Assembly: GCA_040770465.1 (NCBI GenBank)
Contig: JAXGJB010000017.1
Span: 1-46,716, forward strand
DNA: 46,716 nucleotides
Source of the DNA: Methanothrix sp.
Lineage (GTDB): Archaea > Halobacteriota > Methanosarcinia > Methanotrichales > Methanotrichaceae
Direction of reading: 5' to 3'
The position numbers and the translations under genes are program-made. Shown in pieces: positions 1-9,798 of the stretch (position 1 is its first letter; each line of letters starts with the position of its first letter). The notes beneath the pieces are model-generated. The model had not been told where the DNA came from, searched no databases, and saw nothing but the letters and a program-made list of their open reading frames with translations.

Positions 1-1420
1 ACATCGCTGGTGGCTGCACCAGAGTCGCCACAGAATGCTGGAGTCAACGTTCGATGGACGGCGACGGCTGCCGACGACGAGGACGCCGTCTACTTCAAGT
101 TCGTCCTGGACGGATCGACGGCAAAGGAATGGTCAACTGAAGGGTACTGGGAATGGGATACGTCTGAAGTCGCTCCCGGTGACCATGCGGTCACAGTTCA
201 GGTCAGAGACGGTCAGCACGAGGGCGAGTACGACGGATCGGTCGACTCGATATTCACGATCACGGCACCGAACAACCCGCCTGTGGTGAGGGCGCTTACA
301 GCTTCACCAGAGTCGCCACAGAATGCTGGAGTCAACGTTCGATGGACGGCGACGGCTGCCGACGACGAGGATCCTGTCTACTACAAGTTCGTCCTGGACG
401 GAGCGACGGAGAAGGACTGGTCAACTGAAGGGTACTGGGAGTGGGATACTTCTGGAGCCTCACCTGGCGACCATCGGGTCACAGTTCAGGTCAGAGACGG
501 TCAGCACGAGGGCGAGTACGACGGATCGGTCGACTCGATATTCACGATCACGGCGCCGAACAACCCGCCTGTGGTGACATCGCTGGTGGCTGCACCAGAG
601 TCGCCGCAGAATGCAGGTGTCACAGTCAGATGGACGGCGACGGCCGCCGACGACGAGGACCCTGTCTACTTCAAGTTCGTCCTGGACGGGGAGACGGCAA
701 AGGAATGGTCGAACGAAGGGTACTGGGAATGGGATACGTCTAGAGCCTCACCTGGCGACCATCGGGTCACAGTTCAGGTCAGAGACGGGCAGCACGAGGG
801 CGAGTACGACGGATCGGTCGACTCGATATTCACGATCACGGCGCCGAATAACCCGCCGGTGGTGACATCGCTGGTGGCTGCACCAGAGTCGCCGCAGACC
901 GCTGGTGTCACAGTCGGATGGACGGCGACGGCTGCCGACGACGAGGATCCTGTCTACTTCAAGTTCGTCCTGGACGGGGAGACGGCAAAGGACTGGTCAA
1001 CTGAAGGGTACTGGGAATGGGATACGTCTGAAGTCGCTTCCGGTGACCATGCGGTCACAGTTCAGGTCAGAGACGGGCAGCACGAGGGCGAGTACGACGG
1101 ATCGGTCGACTCGATATTCACGATCACGGCGCCGAATAACCCGCCTGTGGTGACATCGCTGGTGGCTGCACCAGAGTCGCCGCAGACCGCTGGCGTCACA
1201 GTCAGATGGACGGCGACAGCTGCCGACGACGAGGACCCTGTCTACTTCAAGTTCGTCCTGGACGGGGAGACGGAGAAGGAATGGTCAACTGAAGGGTACT
1301 GGGAATGGGATACGTCTGAAGTCGCTCCCGGTGACCATGCGGTCACAGTTCAGGTCAGAGACGGGCAGCACGAGGGCGAGTACGACGGATCGGTCGACTC
1401 GATATTCACGATCACGGCGC
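1..1420 (+). repeat. Intragenic tandem repeat, 288-bp unit, about 5 copies (probably continues upstream)
   Basis: Units start at 1, 289, 577, 865 and 1153 with near-identical DNA; in-frame 96-aa period. Confidence 0.95.
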
Positions 1421-4400
1421 CTCCAGAGGACATCACCGAGCCTGTCGAAGAGGTCACTGTTCTTGCCCTGAACATCTCCGGGGTCAAGTTCAACGATCTG
1501 AACGGCAACGGCTTACAGGATGACGATGAGCCCGGCCTTCCAGGCTGGACGATAACCCTCGTTGCTCCGGACGGGACCGAGACATCGACGACGACCGCTG
1601 ACGATGGATCGTACAGGTTTGAAGGTCTGGCTGCGGGATCATACACCATCAGCGAGGAGTCCCAGGACGGCTGGACCCCGATCGCTCCAGATACCGGGTC
1701 ACAAACGGTGGATCTCGCCGAGGCGGACGCCACCGATGTCAGCTTCGGGAACGCGATCTCTGAAGCGCCTCCGGTGAACATCACCGAGCCTGAAGAAGAA
1801 GAAGAAGAAGAGGTCACTGTTCTTGCCCTGAACATCTCTGGGGTCAAGTTCAACGACCTGAACGGCGACGGCGTCAGAGATGCTGATGAGCCTGGCCTGC
1901 CGGGCTGGACGATAACCCTCGTTGCTCCGGACGGGACCGAGACATCGACGACGACCGCAGAAGACGGATCGTACAGGTTTGAAGGTCTGGCTGCCGGATC
2001 ATACACCGTCAGCGAGGAGTTCCAGGACGGCTGGACCCCGACCGCCCCGGATACCGGATCCCAGACTGTGGATCTCGCCGAGACGGACTCCACCGATGTC
2101 AGCTTCGGGAACGTGGAGGAGGCCAGGCCCCCTGAGGCGCCGACAAGGAACATCACAGGGGTCAAGTTCAACGATCTGAACGGCAACGGCGTCAGAGATG
2201 CTGATGAGCCTGGCCTGGCCGGCTGGACGATAACCCTCGTCGCTCCGGACGAGACCGAGACATCGACGACGACCGCTGAAGACGGATCTTACAGGTTTGA
2301 AGGTCTGGCTGCCGGATCATACACCGTCAGCGAGGAGTTCCAGGACGGCTGGACGCCGATCGCTCCGGATACCGGCTCCCAATCAGTGAATCTGTCCGAT
2401 GCGGACGCTGCAGATGTCAGCTTCGGAAACGCGATCTCTGAAGCGCCACCCGAGAACATCACCGAGCCTGAAGATGATGATGATGATGAGGCTACTCCGC
2501 TTGCCCTTAACATCTCAGGGGTCAAGTTCAACGACCTGAACGGCGACGGCGTCAGAGATGCCGATGAGCCCGGCCTTGCCGGCTGGACGATAACCCTCGT
2601 CGCACCTGACGGGACCGAGACATCGACGACGACCGCCGACGACGGATCGTACAGGTTCTCCGGCCTGATGACCCGGGGCACCTACATGTTGAGCGAAGTT
2701 CCCCAGACCGGCTGGTCCCAGACCGCGCCGGCGAACGGAATGGTGACCATGGCCAACGCCGACGTGACAGACCTGAACTTCGGAAACATGGCTGCAACCT
2801 TCCGCATCTCGGGGAGGGCGTTCAAGGATCAGAACGGAGACGGTACTGACGACGGCGAGCCCGGCCTGGCAGGCTGGACCGTCAGGCTATCAAGGCCGGA
2901 CGGAACCGAAACGACAGCATCGACCGACGAGGGCGGATTCTACAGGTTCGAGGGACTGACTCCCGGAACCTACGAGCTGAGCGAAGTTCTCCAGGAAGGC
3001 TGGACCCAGACCGCTCCGGCTGACGGATCATACACGGTCAACCTTACAGAGACCGATGTCATGAGCAGAGACTTCGGAAACAGAGGCAGCACCTTCTCCA
3101 TCTCAGGCGTCAAGTTCAACGACCTGAACGGCAACGGGGCGAACGACGGCGAGCCCGGCCTGGCAGGCTGGACGATAACCCTCGTCGAACCGGACGGGAC
3201 AGAGAGATCGGCGACGACTGCCGACGACGGATCGTACATGTTCGAAGGTCTGGCCGCTGGATCATACACTGTCAGCGAGGTTCTCCAGGAAGGCTGGACC
3301 GCAACCGCCCCGGCGGGCGGATCCTACTCCGTTGAGCTGAAGGATGCGGACGTGACGGACCAGGACTTCGGGAACTACGGCAGCCGTTCCATCTCCGGCA
3401 CGAAGTTCTACGACCTGAACGGGAACGGGGTTAAGGACGCCGGTGAGGATGGCCTGGCCGGCTGGACGATAAAGCTTGAGCAAAACGGCAACGTCACCGA
3501 CGTGGCCACCACCGCCGAGGATGGATCCTACTCCTTCAGCGAGCTTTCACCCCAAGAGTACACTGTGAGCGAGGTTCCCCTCGACGGATGGGTCGCTACG
3601 GCGCCAGCCAGCGGATCCCAGTCCGTCTCCCTGACAGACGAAGATGCCACCGGCATCGACTTCGGCAACCGGGGCAACCTCTCCATCTCAGGTAAGAAGT
3701 TCTACGACCAGAACGACAACGGAGCGCAAGACGAGGACGAGCCAGGGATTCCGGACGCCGAGGTGAAGCTGATGGAGGGCGCGAGGCTCATAACCACGAC
3801 CACCACTGACGAGGACGGAACCTACACCTTCGAGAACATCGCTCCAGGCACTTACATCATAAACGACCCGCCACCAGGAGGCTTTGTCATGACCACCTCT
3901 TCCAGCATCACGGTGACCGTGACCTCCTCTGTGGTGATCAGCCAGAACTTCGGCCTGACCGGCACCCGCTCCATCTCCGGGATGAAGTTCTTGGACACCC
4001 ACAACCTCGGGACCAAGGACGCTGACGAGACCGGCATATCCGGATGGGGCATCGTTCTGGACGGCACCACCACCTACGGCGGAATCCATGTGACCCTCAG
4101 CACCACCACGGGAACCGACGGATCCTACAGATTCGACGGCCTGGTTCCGGGGACGTACAAGATCAGCGAGCTCTCCAGGGGGCCGAGCTGGCACCAGACC
4201 TTCCCCTCCGGCGACGGATCCCATACGGTCACCATCGTGGGCAGTGACGTGACCGGAAAGGACTTCGGCAACAGCGTGGATGACAACTCGATCTCTGGGG
4301 TGAAGTACAACGACCTGAACGGCAACGGCAAGAGGGACCCCGACGAGCCCGGCATGGCCGGCTGGACGATCAAGCTCCTGGGAGCGGTCAACGACACCAA

Positions 4401-7377
4401 GGTGACCGGCCAGGACGGATCGTACATATTCACCGGCCTGAACTATGGGACCTACACCCTGCAAGAGGAGCCCCAGGCCAAGTGGACGGCGAAGGAGCCG
4501 AGCGGCGGATCTTACACCGTCACCCTTGATGCCGCCAACAAGTTCGCCGCGGGCAAGGACTTCGGCAACTACAACGCCAAACCGGTGATACAGTCCCTCA
4601 GTCCCAGCCCGGCAAGCCCGCGGAAGGTGGGCACACAGATAACATGGACGGCGACCGCCACCGATGCTGAGGGAGACCAGATCCTCTACAAGTTCCTCGT
4701 CAACGGGGTGGCAAAGACCGACTGGACCACAAACAACGTCTGGACTTGGGCCACCTCAGGCCAGGCACCCGGAACCTACAACGTCGAGGTCTGGGTGAAG
4801 GACGGAAAGCACTCCATACCCAAGCAGTGGGACGACAAGAAGAGCGTCTCCTTCAAGCTTGATCAAGCCAATCGGCCGCCGGTCGTCCGTTTCCTGTACA
4901 CTGACAGGCCCAGCCCTCAGTACGCCGGGAGCTGGGTCAGGTGGACCGCAGCGGCCTGGGACCCCGACAGGGAGCCGATCCTCTACAGGTTCCTTTTGAG
5001 AGGACGATCGACAGGATACGCATGGGTCGATATGACCGGCTGGACAAGAAGCAGCAGCTGGATCTGGAGGACATCGCCAGCCGACATCGGCCTGAGCGAT
5101 GTGATGGTCCAGGTCAGGGACGGCCACCACGCGAGCCCTGCCGGCTACGATGACCGCGCCTGGTCAAACTTCCAGATCTTCGGGTACAGGCCCAACCAGC
5201 CGCCGATGATCACCAGCTTCTCGGCAACCCCATCTGGGGTCCAGACCGCCGGGACGACCATAAGGGTGACGGCGTCGGCAGTCGACCTGGATGGTGGTCC
5301 GGTCTATTACAAGTTCCTCCTGAAGGGACCGTCCACTGGTAACCTCTGGAGAACGGTCCAGGACTGGTCCACGGCCAACGCCTGGACCTGGAGGACCACC
5401 ACCCTTGATGCGGGCCAGAGTCAGGTCGAGGTGAGGGTCCGGGACGGATTCCACGCGCCCCCCAGCGGGTGGGATGATTCGGCGGGGACCTACATCACCA
5501 TAAAGGGGAGACCCACGCCACCGAACCAGCCGCCTTACCTGAGCGGCCTGGCGCCGAACAAGGCGAGCCCCCAGAAGGAGGGGACGTCCATCGTATGGAC
5601 GGCGACAGCTTCCGATTCCGATGGTGACACCCTCCTCTACAAGTTCTGGCTGAAGGGACCCTCCACAGGCAATGCCTGGACGGTAGTCCAAGAGGGCACA
5701 AGCAGAACATGGACATGGTCGTCGACCTACGGCGACGCCGGCCTCTACGACGTCTACGTCTACGTCCGGGACGGAAAGCATGAGCCGGCCGGCCGATACG
5801 ACAGCGCCAGAGGATACGGAGACTACCAGCTCACCCCTGCCAACCGGCCACCGACGGTGACGGCACTGCTGCCGAACCCGCCGGGTCCCACGACTGCGGG
5901 ATCGACCGTCGTATGGACGGCCTCGGCCTCCGATCCCGACGGTGACGCCCTCCAGTACAAGTTCTGGCTTAAGGGCCCCTCCACCGGGAACGCATGGACG
6001 GTGGTCCAGGACTGGAGCACAATCAGAACATGGACCTGGTCGTCGGCCTACGGCGACGCCGGCGAGTACAACCTCTACGTCTACGTACGGGACGGAAAGC
6101 ATGAGCCGGCTGGCCGGTACGACAGCGCCGTGGGCTACAGCGGCTACCAGCTCGTCAGCCGCGGTGGGATCTATCAGCTCACCTCCGGGATCGTGATCGA
6201 AGACAGACCCTCACTGGTCAGCTCTGCCGCGGGTCACCTCCTCGCCTACCAATCCTGGGAGACGGGTGCCTTCTACAGCGGGGACATATTCCTCAAGAAG
6301 TTTGATCTCGGCTGGAGCCAGACGGAGACGGTTCAGGCCACCGGAGATACGGCCTACCAGGACACTCCGTCGGCGATCTACGCCGACGGATACTACTACG
6401 TCGCCTACGTCTCCGACGAGATGGGAAGCTGGGACATCTTCGTCAAGAAGTATGACGCGGATCTGTTCCTCATCGAGACCCGGAGGCTCACCACCTCCGC
6501 AGAGGACCAGGACCGTCCGTCTCTCATAAAGGTGGGCAACAACTTCTACCTCGCCTACCAATCCTGGGAGACGGGACCTGCCTTCGGCGGCGACATCTTC
6601 ATCGAGCGGTTCAACTCCGCCTGGACGTCGACGGGAAAGGTGAGGGTGACCACCGAGACCAGCTACCAGGACCGGCCGTCCATCGCCCGCGGAGACGATG
6701 ACAGGATCTACGTCGCTTACGCCTCCGAGGAGTCTGGAAACCGGGACGTCTTCGTCAAGAAGTTCGACCTAAACCTCAACATCCTCGATAAGAAGAGGAT
6801 TACCACCAGCTCGTCGGCCCAGGACTACCCATCCCTCATCTGGCAGAACGGGGAGTTCGACCTGGTCTACAGCTCCGACGAAGGAGGAAGCTACGACCTC
6901 TACCTGGAGAGGTTCAACCCCAGCTGGGGCCTGATCGATAGGGCAAGAGTCACCGGAACCCCCGGCGACGAGATATGGCCGGCCCTCTCTTACAGCCCCT
7001 CCGACGGCTTCGTATGGGTGGCTTACGTCCTCCAGGAAGGCGAGGCAAGCGACATCTTCGTCCAGCCCGCAAGGCCCCTGGACGAGATGCCGTCATGCTG
7101 GGCGGCGATGGACTTCAACGCCAACTCGGCCTACAGCCCCTACGCCCTCACCTTGCGGTTCTATGGACCGACGGGAGCCCTCACCGACCCCTCGAGCTTG
7201 AGGCTGACCTGGAGCCCCGCTGACGCTGTCCTCACCAGCAGCACCCTCCAGAGGGTCTCGACGGGAACTTACGTCCTCGAGTCGAGGTTCGGGTCCGCGG
7301 GGTTGAAGACCTTCACCGTCAGCTCTTCCGTCTCCGGGTGCAGCGCCGAGTCCGCGGTGATGGTCCTGGTGACCTGA
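1..7377 (+). CDS. Giant multidomain cell-surface protein (5' end outside window): Ig-like repeats, SdrD-B/CnaB-like repeats, C-terminal beta-propeller
   Basis: Frame 1 is open from base 1 (TSLVAAP...). Five ~96-aa repeats, then ten ISGxKFxDxNxNG..GLxGWTI..FGN domains, five NxPP..WTA..YKF..DG.H domains, six DxPS-type blades and a final small Cys-pair domain. Many NxT/S sequons. Confidence 0.9.
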   Translation, partial: TSLVAAPESPQNAGVNVRWTATAADDEDAVYFKFVLDGSTAKEWSTEGYWEWDTSEVAPGDHAVTVQVRDGQHEGEYDGSVDSIFTITAPNNPPVVRALTASPESPQNAGVNVRWTATAADDEDPVYYKFVLDGATEKDWSTEGYWEWDTSGASPGDHRVTVQVRDGQHEGEYDGSVDSIFTITAPNNPPVVTSLVAAPESPQNAGVTVRWTATAADDEDPVYFKFVLDGETAKEWSNEGYWEWDTSRASPGDHRVTVQVRDGQHEGEYDGSVDSIFTITAPNNPPVVTSLVAAPESPQTAGVTVGWTATAADDEDPVYFKFVLDGETAKDWSTEGYWEWDTSEVASGDHAVTVQVRDGQHEGEYDGSVDSIFTITAPNNPPVVTSLVAAPESPQTAGVTVRWTATAADDEDPVYFKFVLDGETEKEWSTEGYWEWDTSEVAPGDHAVTVQVRDGQHEGEYDGSVDSIFTITAPPEDITEPVEEVTVLALNISGVKFNDLNGNGLQDDDEPGLPGWTITLVAPDGTETSTTTADDGSYRFEGLAAGSYTISEESQDGWTPIAPDTGSQTVDLAEADATDVSFGNAISEAPPVNITEPEEEEEEEVTVLALNISGVKFNDLNGDGVRDADEPGLPGWTITLVAPDGTETSTTTAEDGSYRFEGLAAGSYTVSEEFQDGWTPTAPDTGSQTVDLAETDSTDVSFGNVEEARPPEAPTRNITGVKFNDLNGNGVRDADEPGLAGWTITLVAPDETETSTTTAEDGSYRFEGLAAGSYTVSEEFQDGWTPIAPDTGSQSVNLSDADAADVSFGNAISEAPPENITEPEDDDDDEATPLALNISGVKFNDLNGDGVRDADEPGLAGWTITLVAPDGTETSTTTADDGSYRFSGLMTRGTYMLSEVPQTGWSQTAPANGMVTMANADVTDLNFGNMAATFRISGRAFKDQNGDGTDDGEPGLAGWTVRLSRPDGTETTASTDEGGFYRFEGLTPGTYELSEVLQEGWTQTAPADGSYTVNLTETDVMSRDFGNRGSTFSISGVKFNDLNGNGANDGEPGLAGWTITLVEPDGTERSATTADDGSYMFEGLAAGSYTVSEVLQEGWTATAPAGGSYSVELKDADVTDQDFGNYGSRSISGTKFYDLNGNGVKDAGEDGLAGWTIKLEQNGNVTDVATTAEDGSYSFSELSPQEYTVSEVPLDGWVATAPASGSQSVSLTDEDATGIDFGNRGNLSISGKKFYDQNDNGAQDEDEPGIPDAEVKLMEGARLITTTTTDEDGTYTFENIAPGTYIINDPPPGGFVMTTSSSITVTVTSSVVISQNFGLTGTRSISGMKFLDTHNLGTKDADETGISGWGIVLDGTTTYGGIHVTLSTTTGTDGSYRFDGLVPGTYKISELSRGPSWHQTFPSGDGSHTVTIVGSDVTGKDFGNSVDDNSISGVKYNDLNGNGKRDPDEPGMAGWTIKLLGAVNDTKVTGQDGSYIFTGLNYGTYTLQEEPQAKWTAKEPSGGSYTVTLDAANKFAAGKDFGNYNAKPVIQSLSPSPASPRKVGTQITWTATATDAEGDQILYKFLVNGVAKTDWTTNNVWTWATSGQAPGTYNVEVWVKDGKHSIPKQWDDKKSVSFKLDQANRPPVVRFLYTDRPSPQYAGSWVRWTAAAWDPDREPILYRFLLRGRSTGYAWVDMTGWTRSSSWIWRTSPADIGLSDVMVQVRDGHHASPAGYDDRAWSNFQIFGYRPNQPPMITSFSATPSGVQTAGTTIRVTASAVDLDGGPVYYKFLLKGPSTGNLWRTVQDWSTANAWTWRTTTLDAGQSQVEVRVRDGFHAPPSGWDDSAGTYITIKGRPTPPNQPPYLSGLAPNKASPQKEGTSIVWTATASDSDGDTLLYKFWLKGPSTGNAWTVVQEGTSRTWTWSSTYGDAGLYDVYVYVRDGKHEPAGRYDSARGYGDYQLTPANRPPTVTALLPNPPGPTTAGSTVVWTASASDPDGDALQYKFWLKGPSTGNAWTVVQDWSTIRTWTWSSAYGDAGEYNLYVYVRDGKHEPAGRYDSAVGYSGYQLVSRGGIYQLTSGIVIEDRPSLVSSAAGHLLAYQSWETGAFYSGDIFLKKFDLGWSQTETVQATGDTAYQDTPSAIYADGYYYVAYVSDEMGSWDIFVKKYDADLFLIETRRLTTSAEDQDRPSLIKVGNNFYLAYQSWETGPAFGGDIFIERFNSAWTSTGKVRVTTETSYQDRPSIARGDDDRIYVAYASEESGNRDVFVKKFDLNLNILDKKRITTSSSAQDYPSLIWQNGEFDLVYSSDEGGSYDLYLERFNPSWGLIDRARVTGTPGDEIWPALSYSPSDGFVWVAYVLQEGEASDIFVQPARPLDEMPSCWAAMDFNANSAYSPYALTLRFYGPTGALTDPSSLRLTWSPADAVLTSSTLQRVSTGTYVLESRFGSAGLKTFTVSSSVSGCSAESAVMVLVT
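1471..4570 (+). repeat. Ten SdrD-B/CnaB-like domain repeats
   Basis: Recurring ATCTCxGGGGTCAAGTTCAACGA / ISGVKFNDLNG motif. The first four copies are near-identical; later copies are diverged. Confidence 0.85.
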
Positions 7378-7410
7378 TCAACCTCGAACCCGCCGACCAG
7401 AAAGAGAATA

Positions 7411-7452
7411 GATCGGCAGCGCAACTTCGCGCCGCCGATCCCGACATTTTTT
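7411..7452 (+). terminator. Hairpin plus T-tract between convergent genes
   Basis: GATCGGCAGCGC-aacttc-GCGCCGCCGATC (12-bp stem, one mismatch) followed by T6 at 7447-7452. Confidence 0.55.
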
Positions 7453-7493
7453 GCGAGATCGGCGCGATCCGGCCAACTCCTCATCCCGCGTCT

Positions 7494-7919
7494 TTATGGC
7501 GGGGACCGGTCGAAGACCGTAACGTACAGCCTCTCGTTGTACTCTTGGATCGTCTTCAGGACGTCCCACGCGGCGTAGATGTAGAGGGCCAAAATTATGC
7601 AGACCAGGATATAGGTCGCGGCCCCGAAGGTCTCGCTCAGATCGAAACCCTGGCCGCCGATCAGCCCACCGGAGAAGATGGGCCCAAATCCCATGAGGGT
7701 GAGAAGGACGGCGAGGAGGACGACATCAGCCAGGATCAATATCACGCCCTTGACCGCCTTCCCCCCGTAGATCAGGCCGGTCCCACCAAATAAAAAGACG
7801 ACCAAGAGCAGTCCCACCACAGGCTTCTTCCTCTCAAGCTCGTAGAACATCGTCTTCTCCATCTCCGGCATCTTCTGGGCGTTCTCCCATATTATCTGGA
7901 ACTTCTCGTCTTCTCTCAT
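7494..7919 (-). CDS. Small membrane protein, TM2-domain-like
   Basis: KKPVVGLLLVVFLFGGTGLIYGGKAVKGVILIL resembles the TM2 motif; about 3 hydrophobic segments. Confidence 0.7.
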   Translation of the reverse strand: MREDEKFQIIWENAQKMPEMEKTMFYELERKKPVVGLLLVVFLFGGTGLIYGGKAVKGVILILADVVLLAVLLTLMGFGPIFSGGLIGGQGFDLSETFGAATYILVCIILALYIYAAWDVLKTIQEYNERLYVTVFDRSPP

Positions 7920-8012
7920 GCTAAAGGCCTCGGTCTTAATGAGTCAGCTCGATTTAAAGGTTAGAGCGTTTCCTCAACCTACGAAAAGTATTTTAATAAC
8001 ATTATGCGTAAC

Positions 8013-8037
8013 TGATATATAACTACAATATATATCA
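8013..8037. promoter_or_regulatory. Perfect inverted repeat in an AT-rich divergent promoter
   Basis: TGATATATA-actacaa-TATATATCA between divergent starts at 7919 and 8066. Confidence 0.5.
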
Positions 8038-8065
8038 ACTAACGGGTCAAATTGATGAGGGAGAC

Positions 8066-9742
8066 ATGTTAGCCCTTGCAGCCACCATCACAGGTATCAT
8101 TATCACGGGGTACTCCGCATACAAGATCCAAGATGCCCGAAGGGGAGAGGGTCGAAAGCTGCGGGACATGGAGGTGTTGAGGCGGCTCAACGTACCTCCA
8201 AAAAAGCAGGTTCGAGCATGGGGCTTCCTCCTGGCCCTGGGCCTAGTCCTCCTATCGCCGGGATTGGGCTTTCTCCTATCCTGCGATCAGACAACAAGCG
8301 ACGGTGGCGTCGGCGAGTGCTCGAATCTGAGGGCGACCCCATCGGGAAGCCCCATCATGGCCCCCCCCTCTGAGAAGCTGGACAAGACTCCAAGAACCTT
8401 CGATGACGACGGATCGAATGGGAGGACGGTGACCATCGGCGGATCCTCCGGAGGCGGCGGTGGTGGGGGAAAGAAAGCGTCCTCCAGTGGCGGCAAAACC
8501 ACCTCGTCCACCACCTCTACAGAGACGACCACCAATTCCGGAGATGTTCCCGATGATAAGGCCAGTTATTCCGGCGGCGGAGGTTCGACCTCTCGAGTAT
8601 CCGATGCCGAAGAGACCCCGGTGATCTATAAAGCGGATCCAGCTTCCGATCTCCCGTTGACGGGAACAGATTCGGAAGAAGGAGTGATGGAAGAAGCCGA
8701 CGAATCGGAGATGAAGACCGGCGAGCAGGCGTCTCCGACCAGACCTCAGAACGACGGAGACGAGTCCGAAAGGCCGGCCGAAATGACCTCTTCCGACGGA
8801 GGATCGGAGCTTCCAGTGGCCTCCATTGAGGCCGAAGCTGCGGCTCCCGAGGCATCGAAGGAATACGTCGCCGTCGGAAACCCCGATGATTATGTCTCCG
8901 GTGGCAATCTCCCCAATGATGATGTCCACGCTGATGATGATGTTGATGTCCTCGGTGGCGATCTCCTCGATGAAGGTGTCCCCGTTCAAAGTGATATCAG
9001 GATGGACGAAAACCCCCTCAAACCTGATTGGACGGAGACCGAATCCGCTACCATCGATGCTGCGCGAGAGAAGAGATCGGCTCCGAACGCATCCAGGCAA
9101 ACGGCTGCTGAAAGCCTGGCCGGATCGTCCTCTGCTGAGGTTCTGATGGATCAGGTCGTCCTCGATACGGGCCCTGAAGAGAGCACGCTCCGAGCAGGCT
9201 TTGAATCGGCGGAGATCGGATCCGAATTCCAGGCCACCTCCGATCTGAGCGACTCAGAATTTGAGAGGGAGCTGCCGAAGGCTGCTGCTCCACCCTCCGA
9301 GGGCATCGATCCTGCCGAAGCGGCCGCCGGGAACGACTCGGAGGGGGAGGGGGGGGCTATAAGCAGCATCACCGATCCGGCCGAAGAGACGGACCCTGAG
9401 ATCGGCCTGTTGGAGACGAACGCCACCATCGATGAGGGCAAAAAGCTGGAATTCAATACGGAGATGGCCGGATCGGGCAACGCTTACCCGTCCGGAAATA
9501 ACTCATCATCGAAGCTGGAAGGCGCCTCAAACGAATCCGGGGAGGAACCGGAGCTCGAAGTCTTCAGCCAAATGCTCGATTTCGACGAAGAGTTCGAAAA
9601 TTTTGCATCGTTCACCCAGCCCGAAAAGGAAATCGAGAGGAATTACACCTCAAGCTCGGTGACGCGCATGGAATTTGAAAAGATCGATCTCGGATCAGAC
9701 CGCCGCGGGGGATTAGGTCTGACCCCCACCAGCCCTGTTTAG
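8066..9742 (+). CDS. Membrane-anchored acidic low-complexity hypothetical protein
   Basis: Two N-terminal hydrophobic segments, then a long S/G/T-rich and D/E-rich, likely disordered region. GAGGGAG SD-like site before the ATG. Confidence 0.7.
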   Translation: MLALAATITGIIITGYSAYKIQDARRGEGRKLRDMEVLRRLNVPPKKQVRAWGFLLALGLVLLSPGLGFLLSCDQTTSDGGVGECSNLRATPSGSPIMAPPSEKLDKTPRTFDDDGSNGRTVTIGGSSGGGGGGGKKASSSGGKTTSSTTSTETTTNSGDVPDDKASYSGGGGSTSRVSDAEETPVIYKADPASDLPLTGTDSEEGVMEEADESEMKTGEQASPTRPQNDGDESERPAEMTSSDGGSELPVASIEAEAAAPEASKEYVAVGNPDDYVSGGNLPNDDVHADDDVDVLGGDLLDEGVPVQSDIRMDENPLKPDWTETESATIDAAREKRSAPNASRQTAAESLAGSSSAEVLMDQVVLDTGPEESTLRAGFESAEIGSEFQATSDLSDSEFERELPKAAAPPSEGIDPAEAAAGNDSEGEGGAISSITDPAEETDPEIGLLETNATIDEGKKLEFNTEMAGSGNAYPSGNNSSSKLEGASNESGEEPELEVFSQMLDFDEEFENFASFTQPEKEIERNYTSSSVTRMEFEKIDLGSDRRGGLGLTPTSPV

Positions 9743-9798
9743 TGACAAAAAGGGTGGCGCGGACTGACCGAAGCAAAAGTTGGCTTGCCAGGTCCAGG

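Noticed and set aside
1-1420. CRISPR-like or non-coding repeat array
   Set aside because: Units are 288 bp, contiguous and in-frame coding, with no unique spacers.
35-7223. Repeated alternative-frame and antisense ORFs within the giant gene
   Set aside because: They are shadows of the coding repeats and of high-GC codon bias.
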